From contig DDEZ01000002.1 in NCBI GenBank assembly GCA_002336805.1, positions 32,631 through 96,630 on the forward strand: a DNA stretch of 64,000 nucleotides. Reading direction: 5' to 3'. The notes beneath the pieces were generated by a model, which worked only from the letters and a program-made list of their open reading frames with translations, ran no database searches and had not been told where the DNA came from. A program made the translations under genes and the position numbers. Each line of letters opens with the position of its first letter. Positions within the stretch are counted from its first letter, which is position 1. Below are positions 29,049 through 38,721 of the stretch, one piece after another. This DNA is from Bacteroidetes bacterium UBA1941 (GTDB taxonomy: Bacteria > Bacteroidota > Bacteroidia > Chitinophagales > LD1).

Positions 29049-30038
29049 TTACTGCTGGTTGGCGGTCACCTTTACAGTATAGGTGCCGGTATTTGCGGCA
29101 TTATAGACCGATTCAAAGATAGAGAGGTATAGAATACCAGTACCCATAGATTTGCCTACAAAAGTATCGCCAGCCTTGACCACCTGGCCGCTCTCGCCCA
29201 CTTTAAAAACAAGACAGCCATATGACGGCTCATTTGATTTGGGACCCGGCGTACCGTTCACACCGCCATCTGGGGTGTACGCATTGTTTGAGAGGCTGGC
29301 GATATTGACCACGCCCGAAGCCAGTATCTGCACCGATTGATCCTTGCGGATCAGGATACCCGTGTTGAGCCAGCCGCCATTTGAGTTGCCCACTATATGC
29401 TGATTGGCATTTAGTTTATAGCTGCCAGAGCCCGGATTATTTACATCCTTGAAGCTGACTGTGATGGATACGATCTTTGCCCTGTTTACGCTAATGCTAC
29501 CATAGTCAGTTTCTAGTCCCAGTGATTCAAAATCATATCGCCCCTCTATAGCAGAGGCGCCGGTTGTTTGCAGCAGGTCTTTGGTGTGAAAGTTCTTAGG
29601 CAGGTTAAAACGGGAGAGTAATACGTCATACAGCAGGTCTACAGAGAAGTCGCTATTCTCACGCTTTTTGTAGGTAGATGATGACATGTATTCTTTGATC
29701 ACTGGCACCACGCCCACATCCATCTTCAGCACACGGTCAAAGGCCGAAGACGCTTCATTCAGCGCACCGTTCTGTACTTTGTCCAAGAGGTCGCGCACCT
29801 GACCTTTGTCTATGCCAGTGGTATTTATCCCCAGGGTGATGGCAGACACATCCTTGATCGGCATGGCCAGGTCTCCGTATGCCGTTTTGAAGGAGATGGA
29901 GCTGATCTCTGACATGCCGGTTATCACGTCGCCATTGCGCATTTTTACGGTAAAGAAAGTGCGCTCATTCTGTGCGTACAGTGAAACTGATAGCGGCAGG
30001 AGGACAAAGAACAAGATCGACTGTAAGAGCTTTTTCAT
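29049..30038 (-). CDS. secreted protein with a possible LecA/PA-IL-like lectin C-terminal domain
   Basis: It has a signal peptide (MKKLLQSILFFVLLPLSVSLYAQ). The C-terminal approximately 110 aa (VQILASGVVNIA...YGCLVFKVGESG...ILYLSIFESVYNAANTGTYTVKV) parallels my recollection of the Pseudomonas LecA pattern (ITIVAAGWASY...CGALVMKIGNSG...[23 protein letters not shown]). Confidence 0.45.
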   Translation of the reverse strand: MKKLLQSILFFVLLPLSVSLYAQNERTFFTVKMRNGDVITGMSEISSISFKTAYGDLAMPIKDVSAITLGINTTGIDKGQVRDLLDKVQNGALNEASSAFDRVLKMDVGVVPVIKEYMSSSTYKKRENSDFSVDLLYDVLLSRFNLPKNFHTKDLLQTTGASAIEGRYDFESLGLETDYGSISVNRAKIVSITVSFKDVNNPGSGSYKLNANQHIVGNSNGGWLNTGILIRKDQSVQILASGVVNIASLSNNAYTPDGGVNGTPGPKSNEPSYGCLVFKVGESGQVVKAGDTFVGKSMGTGILYLSIFESVYNAANTGTYTVKVTANQQ

Positions 30039-30048
30039 AAACCTCGGA

Positions 30049-31173
30049 ATGATAATGAGCGGCAAAATACGTAAATGCTTTAACTCTTTAGGCTTCCGAC
30101 TTTCGGAGAAAAAAGTGTTGCGCGGGACGGAGGGATACTTCTATTATTGCCCTATGCTTTCACCACAATCAGAATCGCAGCTACCGGGAGTGCCCTTTTC
30201 ACGCCGCATCATCACGATCACATCTGTGGCCATAGCCGTTTGCGCCTTGCTGGGGCTTGTGCTGGGATATTACACCAGCCATATGATGGCCGAGCTCATA
30301 GCGAGTCGTATACACGAGTTTCCCAAAGGCTATGAGACGGCCAACTTCCTTGCGTTTCTCATGCGGCCCCTTACCTATGACATGTCGCGCACCTATTGGA
30401 CCCGGATAGTAGGTGAGCGGCTGAACTTTCTGGATCATCTCCCCGCACTCTTCGTGGCAATACAAGTGATGGGAGTCATCTTGTTTTCGCTGAAAAAACA
30501 GGCGGGGACCAGGCTGCTAAGATTTACATATAGCACGTGGTTTATTTTCCGACTGTTTGCGCTTATCTCTTATCTCATTTACCAGTTCATGCTTCCTGTC
30601 CGGCTGGAGTATTATGAGTTAAAACGAGACCCGTGGTATGTTTTTGCTCTTGTGATAGGTACTGATCTGATTTGGATGGCACTCTGTACCTGGATGTTAT
30701 CTGCATTGAAAAAATGCACGAAAGTTAAATTGGTACATGAGGAGGGTGTAGAGATCTTTGTTCCGGCCAGCAGGTGGCTGAGATTCGTGCACATGCAGAT
30801 AGATGGCTGGCTCATCATATTGATCTTACTATCATTTACCAGCACCTTTCTCTGGGTCGTCCGCGAAAAGATCGGCTCGGGTCAGGATGTGACTATCCTG
30901 AAGTTTATGTTCTATCTGACGATCTTTGTGATACAGTTTATTTACTATGCCCTTCTCGAAGGTGCCTGGGGCACGACCCCGGCAAAATGCCTGACTGGCA
31001 CCACAGTGACGGATGACAGCGGGAATAAGGCGACAAAGCGGACAATTCTAAATCGCACCCTATCACGATTTATCCCTTTTGACAATTTTTCCTTTTTCGC
31101 GAGAATGGGATGGCATGACCGCTTTAGCGATACATGGGTGTGCAGGGAAGAGGAGATAACGCCCGAATCTTAG
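30049..31173 (+). CDS. RDD-family integral membrane protein
   Basis: The C-terminal region LLEGAWGTTPAKCLTGTTVTDDSGNKATKRTILNRTLSRFIPFD...WHDRFSDTWV resembles an RDD domain and is preceded by several TM helices. The start is uncertain (ATG at 30049, 30055 or 30154). The 29806 track start overlaps the divergent gene and is rejected. Confidence 0.55.
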   Translation: MIMSGKIRKCFNSLGFRLSEKKVLRGTEGYFYYCPMLSPQSESQLPGVPFSRRIITITSVAIAVCALLGLVLGYYTSHMMAELIASRIHEFPKGYETANFLAFLMRPLTYDMSRTYWTRIVGERLNFLDHLPALFVAIQVMGVILFSLKKQAGTRLLRFTYSTWFIFRLFALISYLIYQFMLPVRLEYYELKRDPWYVFALVIGTDLIWMALCTWMLSALKKCTKVKLVHEEGVEIFVPASRWLRFVHMQIDGWLIILILLSFTSTFLWVVREKIGSGQDVTILKFMFYLTIFVIQFIYYALLEGAWGTTPAKCLTGTTVTDDSGNKATKRTILNRTLSRFIPFDNFSFFARMGWHDRFSDTWVCREEEITPES

Positions 31174-32243
31174 ATCAGGTTGTTCTCTTTCAGCTTTTCA
31201 GTTTGCTCCGCCACGGCCAGGGCGTCTATCATGCCACCTATCTCTCCATTCATAAAGGAGTCGAGATTATAGACCGACAGATTGATGCGGTGGTCAGTGA
31301 TCCGGCCTTGGGGATAATTGTACGTGCGGATCTTGGCGGACCGGTCTCCGGTACTCACCAGCGTCTTGCGGCGCGCAGCGATAGCATCTTCATGTTTGCG
31401 TACGGCGGCCTCGTAGATGCGGGTCTTTAGCATCTTCATAGCCATGTCGCGGTTCTTGTGCTGGGAGCGCTCTGCCTGGCACTCGACCACCGTATTGGTA
31501 GGTATGTGTACCAGGCGCACGGCAGACTCTGTCCTATTCACGTGCTGGCCACCAGCGCCTGACGCACGAAACACGTCCATGCGGATATCCGCCGGGTTGA
31601 TATAGATCTCTACCTCATCTGCCTCCGGCAGCACAGCTACAGATGCTGCAGATGTATGCACGCGGCCCTTTGCCTCTGTCTCCGGGATCCGCTGCACACG
31701 GTGTACACCAGACTCAAATTTCAGCGTGCCGTATACATTCTCTCCTTCTACCTCCAGCACCACTTCTTTATAGCCACCCACGGGGTTGTCACTTGAGTTG
31801 GCCACCGTCACGGTCCAGCCGCGGGTCTCGCAGTAGCGCGTATACATACGCATCAGGTCTCCGGCGAATATGCTCGCCTCATCGCCGCCAGCACCGGCAC
31901 GGATCTCCACTAGTACATTGCGGTCATCTTCGGGGTCCTTTGGCACTAGCAGCATTTTCAGTTCTGCCTCAAACTTCACCTTCTCATCCTCTTGCTGTAT
32001 GAGATCAGCTTTGGCCATATCGCGAAAATCTTCGTCCTTTTCGGTCTCCAGTATATTTTTGTTATTGGCGATATTGGCCAGCACGAGTTTGTATCGGTCA
32101 TAGACGCCCACCAGCGTTTCCAGTTCTTTATATTCCTTATTGAGCGCGGTGAAGCGCTTCATATCCGACATGGTAGCCGGGTCAGAGAGCGCTTTGCCTA
32201 TCTCTATGAATTTGCCTCTTAGATTTTCTATCTGATCAAACAT
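31170..32243 (-). CDS. prfA: peptide chain release factor 1
   Basis: 357 aa with the GGQ motif (SGAGGQHVNRTESAVR) and an RF1-type recognition loop (VQRIPETEAKGRVHTS). Confidence 0.95.
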   Translation of the reverse strand: MFDQIENLRGKFIEIGKALSDPATMSDMKRFTALNKEYKELETLVGVYDRYKLVLANIANNKNILETEKDEDFRDMAKADLIQQEDEKVKFEAELKMLLVPKDPEDDRNVLVEIRAGAGGDEASIFAGDLMRMYTRYCETRGWTVTVANSSDNPVGGYKEVVLEVEGENVYGTLKFESGVHRVQRIPETEAKGRVHTSAASVAVLPEADEVEIYINPADIRMDVFRASGAGGQHVNRTESAVRLVHIPTNTVVECQAERSQHKNRDMAMKMLKTRIYEAAVRKHEDAIAARRKTLVSTGDRSAKIRTYNYPQGRITDHRINLSVYNLDSFMNGEIGGMIDALAVAEQTEKLKENNLI

Positions 32244-32345
32244 AATGCTATCGTCTACAGTGGCAGCGGATATACTGCCTGATTTTGGTGTGCGAAAATA
32301 ATGAAAAGAATGAGCGGATACTACCGCAGGCTGGTATTAGCGCCG

Positions 32346-33170
32346 CTAGTACTTGTAAAAGTCTACCCTGTCAGCATGCAGGATGGCGATGCGCTCCTTT
32401 TCTATCACAGCTTGTTTCACGCCGACGGTATCCGGCAGGCTGATCTGCTTGGCATCAAAGGTGACCGGATTGTAAGATTTAAGTTTCCCTTCCTCAAAGT
32501 AGACGATCTGCTCCTGGAATATCTGGAAACGCTGCAGCCCTTTGATAGGTATTGTCTTGTAGTACGCGCCGAAATTGTCAAACACCAGTACGCCTACCGC
32601 CGGGTCATTGACATAGACCTGGCCGCTTTTCTCCATGATAAAGTTTGGGGTGATCACGGTGTTGATCAGTTGGTTTACCGGCTGGCTCTGTAGCTGTACC
32701 TTGCCTGTCTGGTCTACTTTCTTTAGGGTAAAGTTCAGATTGTCATAAAACCACAGATACCCGTCAGAAGACATCCCCACGGCAGTCACATTCTGATAGC
32801 CGAGGTCAAAAAAATTATAAGTGGTAAAATAGGCTAGAAACCGATCGAGTAGCACCGCCTGCATAAAGTCAGGGTAGTACACCACGATCTTCATGGGGTT
32901 GGATATATCTACAGCGCCTATCTTGCCATACTTCACTTCTTCATATACCTGAAACTTGTTTCCCATCCGGTCAAACTTCACGACTTGATTGTCGCCCACG
33001 GCATAGAAGTTTCCGAAATTGTCTACGCTGATAGAGTTTGCTTTGACCACATATGAGCCGAGCTGGGTATAGGCAGTAGTAGCGGCTGTCTGCGCTATCG
33101 CGCAAAGAGCAGGCAGTACCAGCAATAGAAGCAATACACTTTTAGTAATATGTCTTTTCAGTATCCTCAA
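32346..33170 (-). CDS. hypothetical secreted protein (possible beta-propeller)
   Basis: The track ORF runs into lpxH. The only plausible start after the lpxH stop is the TTG at 33170, giving LRILKRHITKSVLLLLLVLPALCAIAQ as the signal peptide. I recognise no motif. Confidence 0.45.
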   Translation of the reverse strand: MRILKRHITKSVLLLLLVLPALCAIAQTAATTAYTQLGSYVVKANSISVDNFGNFYAVGDNQVVKFDRMGNKFQVYEEVKYGKIGAVDISNPMKIVVYYPDFMQAVLLDRFLAYFTTYNFFDLGYQNVTAVGMSSDGYLWFYDNLNFTLKKVDQTGKVQLQSQPVNQLINTVITPNFIMEKSGQVYVNDPAVGVLVFDNFGAYYKTIPIKGLQRFQIFQEQIVYFEEGKLKSYNPVTFDAKQISLPDTVGVKQAVIEKERIAILHADRVDFYKY

Positions 33171-33171
33171 C

Positions 33172-33939
33172 TTATATCGTTTGAGCGCCGTGTGCAAACC
33201 GGCCGGTCCTGAGCTCCTGGCCATCCCATACGGCATAGCTATTATAGTCCAGCCAGTCGCCGAGGTTGATATAACGGCTGCCATCCACATTTATGTCGAG
33301 CGGCAGGTGCCTGTGGCCGAAGATAAAATAATCGTAGTGCTTTCTGGTAAGCAGTCGCCTGCAGTACATGACCAGCCACTCTCGGTCCTCTCCTTGAAAC
33401 GTCTCTAGCTTCTTCTCTCCGGTACTATACCGGCTGCGATATGACAAATAAGATGCCAGCCGTATCCCCAGGTCAGGGTGTATCCAGCGAAATAGCCACT
33501 GGCAGACCGGATTGGTAAACACCTTCTTTATGAATTTATAACCATGGTCCTTAGGCCCCAGGCCATCTCCATGCCCGATGAAAAACTCCTTGCAGTCTAT
33601 CGTACGCTCTATAGGCGCCGTATACACCTTTGCTCCCAGCTCCTTCTCAAAGTAGCCATCAAACCACAGGTCATGATTACCCGTGAAGATATGCAGCTTG
33701 ATACCGCGATCAGCCAGCTCAGCCAGCTTGCCCAGCAGCCGCACATAGCCTTTGGGCACTACTGTTTTGTAGTCGTGCCAGAAGTCAAATGTATCACCTA
33801 CCAGAAAAATCTCAGATGCATCTCTGGCAGCTATATCCAGCCACTCTACAAACAGGCGCTCGCGGCGCAGGCTCGTATCATAGTCCGGCGTGCCGAGGTG
33901 GAGGTCGGAGGCAAAATAGATCTTAGTGCGGGAGGTCAT
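33172..33939 (-). CDS. lpxH: UDP-2,3-diacylglucosamine diphosphatase
   Basis: 255 aa with calcineurin-like metallophosphoesterase motifs in LpxH order (FASDLHLG, VGDTFDFWH, GNHDLW, GHGDG, GHRH). Confidence 0.85.
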   Translation of the reverse strand: MTSRTKIYFASDLHLGTPDYDTSLRRERLFVEWLDIAARDASEIFLVGDTFDFWHDYKTVVPKGYVRLLGKLAELADRGIKLHIFTGNHDLWFDGYFEKELGAKVYTAPIERTIDCKEFFIGHGDGLGPKDHGYKFIKKVFTNPVCQWLFRWIHPDLGIRLASYLSYRSRYSTGEKKLETFQGEDREWLVMYCRRLLTRKHYDYFIFGHRHLPLDINVDGSRYINLGDWLDYNSYAVWDGQELRTGRFAHGAQTI

Positions 33940-34024
33940 GTGACGCTAATGTATGCAGAATCATGTAGTCCTGCGAATAAAAAAGGGCGCTCAACGCGCC
34001 CTTTTATAATTTTTATGCCTGAGA

Positions 34025-37000
34025 TCAATGTGCAGGTACATCCGTAGCTACAGGATTGTTCCTGCGCTTACGATTCCTAAAGCTCTCTACCGTATTATAG
34101 CCAAGTATGTACATACATGGCACCACGAGCAATGTGAGGAAGGTAGCACCGATGAGACCAAAGATCATGGTCCATGCGAGGGGTCCCCAGAAAGCCACGT
34201 TGTCACCGCCCAGATAGAGGTGCGGCTGGAATTTTGAGAACATCTCCTCAAAGTCAATATTTAAACCGATAGCCAGTGGTATCAGGCCGAGTATGGCAGA
34301 CATAGCCGTGAGCAGTACCGGAGTAAGACGCGTAGCGCCACCCTCTATCACCGCCTCTACCACAGTATAGCCTCGCTGTCGCAGCTCGTCTATAAACTCT
34401 ATCAGCAGGATACCATTTCGTATGACGATACCAGACAGCGCCAGGAAGCCCACACCCGTCATCACCACAGAAAACTTCATATGGAATACAGCATTGCCCA
34501 GGAATACGCCCACGAGGCTAAAGAACACCGTCGTGAAAATGATCAGCGGCTTCTCCCATGAGTTAAACTGGAGTACCATGATCATAAACATGAGTGCAAA
34601 GGCAATTCCGAGTGCCTTGCCCAGGAAGCTGGCAGTCTCCTGCTGCTGCTCCTGCTCGCCTGCCATAGATACCTCATAGCCTTCAGGGATGGTCATATTG
34701 TTTACTACAGCTTGTATTTTGGTCACCACCTCATTGGCCGTGCTGCCTTCTGTCACATCAGAGCTCAAAGTCACGATGCGCTTTTGGTTCTTGCGGTTTA
34801 TCACACTGTAGGAGTTGGTATTTTTCAGCGAAGCGATAGACGATACCGGCACCTGGCGGAAAGAGCCTGTAGCAAAGTCCATGAAAGACATATTGAGGTT
34901 CATGAGCTGCTCAGGTGTCTGCCTGTCACTGGCCTGCAGGCGTAACTGGATAGGCACATCCTCATCCACATCGCGGAATTTTGAGACCTCCTTACCATAG
35001 AGCGCTGAGCGCAGTTCTACTGCTACTTGTGCTTTAGAGAGGCCCTCACGCTGCAGTTTTTCATTGTCCAGTTCTACAGTGATCTCCGGTTTTGCCAGCT
35101 GCAGGTCGCTCTTTAGTTCGTCTATGCCTTTGATATTAGCCTTGCTGATGTTATTCAGGATTTTCTCCTGCAGGTCTGCCAGGACTTTAAAGTCATCACC
35201 CGTGATCTCGATCGTGATCGGCTTGCCTACCGGTGGTCCATTGCGCTCCTTCTCTACAGATATCTGCGCCCCGGCTACACCGTTTTTAAACTCATGACGG
35301 ATAGAGTCCAGCCACTTAGATGTGCGCGGATCCTGGCGGTCAGCATACTTTTTAAATGCGACGGTCACCTTTGACTTATATGGAGTAGGTACTTTGTCCG
35401 GGTTTTGCGGGTCGCCCGCACCGAGACCGATATTGGATATCACAGAGGTGACATCCGGATTGTTTTCGCCTATGGTCTTGTATACACGATTCTCTATAAT
35501 GCGGGTGATAGAGTCGGTCACGTTGGCATCGGTACCCATAGGCAGCTTGCAGTATACGTACACAAAGTTTGGCTCACCACTAGGAAAGAGTTCTACAGCC
35601 GGCTTGCTCAGCGCGAGTATCACACCGCTCAGTATCAGCATCACAAGGGCACCTATCGGTACCAGTATCGGGCCTACACCTTTGATCATACGCTGAAGGC
35701 TACGGCGATAAAAATCTATGAAGCGTGGCCACACCCGCTCCTGCCATGCATGTATCGCAGCGTCAAACACAAAATGATACAGTGCAATAAGGATGAGACA
35801 GAAGACGCTGAAATTGCCCATGCCAAAGCTCTTCGTAGCATAGCTGGCTATAGCGGCTACGCCAAAGAGTATGAACCAAGGTATGAGGCTCTTGAGATTG
35901 GAGCGCGCCTTGTCATCCTTATTCATAAAGCTGGCAGCAAACACAGGATTGATCACAAACGCGACAAAGAGCGAAGCACCCAGCGTGATGATCAGCGTGA
36001 TAGGCAGGCCTTTCATGAATTTGCCAATGATACCCGGCCAGAATAGGAGCGGGAAGAATGGAGACAGTGTGGTCAGTGTACCAGCCAGTACCGGGAAGAA
36101 AACCTCACCGGCAGCATACTTGGCAGCCTGTGCTATGGAGAGATCCGGATTCTGGTGAAATATCCGGTGTGTATTTTCTATCACCACGATGGCATCATCT
36201 ACTATGATGCCCAGCGCGAGTAGTAGTGAGAAGAGGACGATCACATTCATGGTCAGTCCCAGAGATGGCATGAGCAGGAAGGCGAGCAGGCAGGACAGCG
36301 GCACCGCGAGGCCCACAAAGAAAGCATTGCGGAAACCCATGAAGAACATGAGTACAAATACCACGAGGATAAAGCCGATCACCACCGTATTGAGCAGGTC
36401 GTGCAGCTGCACACGGGTCAGCTCAGAGGTATCGCCCGTTACTTTGATATTGAGGCCCTGAGGAAACTGAGTGGCTTTGTATTCATCTATCGTCTCGTAT
36501 ATCTTGTCGGTAGCATTCAGCAGGTTTTCACCGGAGCGTTTGATCACGTTCAGCGTCACTACTGTCTTGTGGCTGAGGCGGGCAAAGTCTTGCTTCTCTG
36601 CGTGTGTATCAGAGATAGTGGCTATGTCTTTGATAAATGCCGGGTTGCCCACAAAGGAGCGTACTACGATATTGCCTATTTCCTCAGGCGATTCGAACTC
36701 GCCCTTCACACGCAGGTTGCGGCGCAGCTCGCCTATACGCACTTCGCCGCTGGATACGTTGAGGTTTTCACGGGCTATCGCATTCTCGATATCCATCAGC
36801 GTGATGCCGGAGGCTGTCATCTTGTAGAGGTCTACATTCACCTGTATCTCGCGGCTGTAGCCACCTATGATGTCTACGCGGGTGATCTCTTTCTGGCCCT
36901 CAATTTTATCCTTGAGCATCTTCGCATACTTCTTCAGCTGCTCCAGAGGTATATCTCCGGAGAGGTTGATATTCATGATAGGCTGCTCGGAGATGTCAAA

Positions 37001-37420
37001 CTCCTGTATCTGCGGATCGCTCTTCAGGTCAGATGGCAGGTCCTTTTTTCCTTTGTCTATCGCATCCTTTACCTTCTGCTTGCAGACTGCGGGATTCTGA
37101 TCGGTGTTAAACTCGGCGATGATCAGGCCAAAGTCAGACATTGAGTTGCTGGTGATCTTCTTGATACCAGAGATCGACTTCAGCTGCTTTTCCAGCGGCT
37201 TGGTGATCAGGTTTTCCACGTCCTGCGGCGAGGCGCCACCATAGATGGTAGCCACAGAGATGGTCGGCACCACCACATCGGGATAGAGCTCCTTTGGCAG
37301 TGCCTGATAGGTAAAAAAGCCCCAGGCACTGAGGATGATCGTAAAGATGTAGATACTGACGCGATTATTGATGCACCAGCTCGTGATGGGAAACTCTTTC
37401 AGTCTTTCTGCACTTATCAT
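34025..37420 (-). CDS. RND efflux transporter, inner-membrane permease (AcrB/HAE1-like)
   Basis: 1131 aa with a 12-TM architecture and two large periplasmic loops. The N-terminus is typical (FPITSWCINNRVSIYIFTIILSAWGFFTY), and ALGIIVDDAIVVIEN is present. Confidence 0.95.
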   Translation of the reverse strand: MISAERLKEFPITSWCINNRVSIYIFTIILSAWGFFTYQALPKELYPDVVVPTISVATIYGGASPQDVENLITKPLEKQLKSISGIKKITSNSMSDFGLIIAEFNTDQNPAVCKQKVKDAIDKGKKDLPSDLKSDPQIQEFDISEQPIMNINLSGDIPLEQLKKYAKMLKDKIEGQKEITRVDIIGGYSREIQVNVDLYKMTASGITLMDIENAIARENLNVSSGEVRIGELRRNLRVKGEFESPEEIGNIVVRSFVGNPAFIKDIATISDTHAEKQDFARLSHKTVVTLNVIKRSGENLLNATDKIYETIDEYKATQFPQGLNIKVTGDTSELTRVQLHDLLNTVVIGFILVVFVLMFFMGFRNAFFVGLAVPLSCLLAFLLMPSLGLTMNVIVLFSLLLALGIIVDDAIVVIENTHRIFHQNPDLSIAQAAKYAAGEVFFPVLAGTLTTLSPFFPLLFWPGIIGKFMKGLPITLIITLGASLFVAFVINPVFAASFMNKDDKARSNLKSLIPWFILFGVAAIASYATKSFGMGNFSVFCLILIALYHFVFDAAIHAWQERVWPRFIDFYRRSLQRMIKGVGPILVPIGALVMLILSGVILALSKPAVELFPSGEPNFVYVYCKLPMGTDANVTDSITRIIENRVYKTIGENNPDVTSVISNIGLGAGDPQNPDKVPTPYKSKVTVAFKKYADRQDPRTSKWLDSIRHEFKNGVAGAQISVEKERNGPPVGKPITIEITGDDFKVLADLQEKILNNISKANIKGIDELKSDLQLAKPEITVELDNEKLQREGLSKAQVAVELRSALYGKEVSKFRDVDEDVPIQLRLQASDRQTPEQLMNLNMSFMDFATGSFRQVPVSSIASLKNTNSYSVINRKNQKRIVTLSSDVTEGSTANEVVTKIQAVVNNMTIPEGYEVSMAGEQEQQQETASFLGKALGIAFALMFMIMVLQFNSWEKPLIIFTTVFFSLVGVFLGNAVFHMKFSVVMTGVGFLALSGIVIRNGILLIEFIDELRQRGYTVVEAVIEGGATRLTPVLLTAMSAILGLIPLAIGLNIDFEEMFSKFQPHLYLGGDNVAFWGPLAWTMIFGLIGATFLTLLVVPCMYILGYNTVESFRNRKRRNNPVATDVPAH

Positions 37421-37426
37421 GGATTA

Positions 37427-37467
37427 GTATTCAGTAGTTAGTATTAGGTATTAAGACTAATGCAAAT
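37427..37467 (-). repeat. repeated 5' leader cassette, copy B (upstream of the RND permease gene)
   Basis: GTATTCAGTAGTTAGTATTAGGTATTAAGACTAATGCAAAT ends 6 nt from the start codon at 37420, the same offset as copy A. Confidence 0.7.
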
Positions 37468-37528
37468 GTCAAATAGCGGTAGAGCGCAGGGAGGAGCTCT
37501 TTCGGGTTTGGTAGCTATCTTGTATTTT

Positions 37529-37550
37529 CTCAATACTTACTACCAGCTAC
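37529..37550. repeat. inverted copy of the cassette arm, giving a MITE-like inverted repeat with 37434-37455
   Basis: CTCAATACTTACTACCAGCTAC has the reverse complement GTAGCTGGTAGTAAGTATTGAG. That matches copy A (GTAGTTAGTAGTAAGTATTAAG) at 19 of 22 positions. It pairs with 37434-37455 through 17 Watson-Crick and 2 GU pairs of 22. Confidence 0.6.
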
Positions 37551-37559
37551 CCTAAAGAA

Positions 37560-38690
37560 TTAATAGCTGATCTTCTGTCCGTCTACCACCTCGCTGTAGC
37601 CAAATGATATCACCTTGTCCCCGGCCTTCAGTCCGCTCTTGATTAGCGTCTTTCCGTCGTATGATGTGCCTGGCACTACATTGCGTTTTACTGCGGTACC
37701 ATTCTCTGCCACCAGTACGTATGGTTTGCCATCATCTCCGGTCTGCACAGTATTGGCTGGTACTACCAGCACATTTGCTGTGCTCTCGTCGTTGATCATG
37801 AGTTTGGCTATCATGTTGGCCTTCACATCGGCTTCGTTGCCACCCAGTGCCGCTTCTACGTTAAATGTGCGGCTTTGCTTGTCCACCACCTGACCTACGT
37901 AGGTTACCTTCGTGTCTATCGTTTTATTTATATCGGGGAAGTTTGCTTTTACCATATCACCCTGTTTCAGCAGGCCGATCTGCGCGTCGCTCAGTTTAGC
38001 CTTGAGTACGAGTTGAGAGTTGTTTATGATGCGCACACCCGGCATCAGCTGTGACGGGGCAGCCATGTCACCCACCTTCACACGGATCTCATCTACCACA
38101 CCATCTATCGGAGACTTGCATTTGCTCAGCTCGATTCCGTTTTGCAGTTGTGCCAGTTGGGTTTCTACTGCTTCTTTGTTAGTCTTGGACTGGAGGTATT
38201 GTATCTCACTACCGATATTCTGCTTCCAGAGGCGCTCTTGCTTTTCGTATACTGTGGTCACGAGAGCGAGCTGTGTTTTGACGGTAGCTATCTGAGACTC
38301 CAGGTTGCTGGCGTCAGTGAGGAAGAGTACCTGGCCCTTGCGCACATGGTCGCCCACATTTACTAGTATTTTAGTCACCACGCCCGGAGATAGCTGCAGG
38401 GCGAGTACGTTTTCTTTGGCATCTACAGCACCTTGTACTTCTACGTAGTGCTTGTAGGTAGTCGGCTCTAGCGTATCTACGCCTACCAGCTTGGTCTTAG
38501 ATTCGGTCTTGAATGTCGTGTCTAGTTTGGCTATCTCTTTTTCCAGCTTAGATATTTTATCTGCCGTGGTCTTTTGCTCGTCCTTCAGTTTTACGAGTTC
38601 CTTTTTCTTTGCATCCAGCTCGCTGCCACCAGTGCATGCTGCGAGAAAGAGCGCCGTCAGTGCGAGTATATTCAGTCCGGTCTTTTTCAT
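37560..38690 (-). CDS. RND efflux periplasmic adaptor (membrane fusion protein)
   Basis: It has a lipoprotein signal (MKKTGLNILALTALFLAAC), a coiled-coil hairpin, and a beta-barrel C-terminus. I place the start at the ATG at 38690. Confidence 0.9.
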   Translation of the reverse strand: MKKTGLNILALTALFLAACTGGSELDAKKKELVKLKDEQKTTADKISKLEKEIAKLDTTFKTESKTKLVGVDTLEPTTYKHYVEVQGAVDAKENVLALQLSPGVVTKILVNVGDHVRKGQVLFLTDASNLESQIATVKTQLALVTTVYEKQERLWKQNIGSEIQYLQSKTNKEAVETQLAQLQNGIELSKCKSPIDGVVDEIRVKVGDMAAPSQLMPGVRIINNSQLVLKAKLSDAQIGLLKQGDMVKANFPDINKTIDTKVTYVGQVVDKQSRTFNVEAALGGNEADVKANMIAKLMINDESTANVLVVPANTVQTGDDGKPYVLVAENGTAVKRNVVPGTSYDGKTLIKSGLKAGDKVISFGYSEVVDGQKISY

Positions 38691-38721
38691 GATCGTATCT
38701 TTTATTTGAGTGTTTAGGGGT

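Noticed and set aside
29806-30048. The longest-ORF start of the RDD-family gene at 29806, giving 455 aa.
   Set aside because: The first roughly 80 codons overlap the 5' end of the divergent lectin-like gene. That gene has a convincing signal peptide starting at 30038. An internal ATG at or after 30049 is more plausible.
31170-32243. The RF1 codon-recognition tripeptide reads PET (RIPETE) rather than the textbook PAT/PVT.
   Set aside because: I cannot tell without an alignment whether PET is simply the normal variant in Bacteroidota. The rest of the protein, including GGQ, is canonical, so there is no basis for claiming altered stop-codon recognition.
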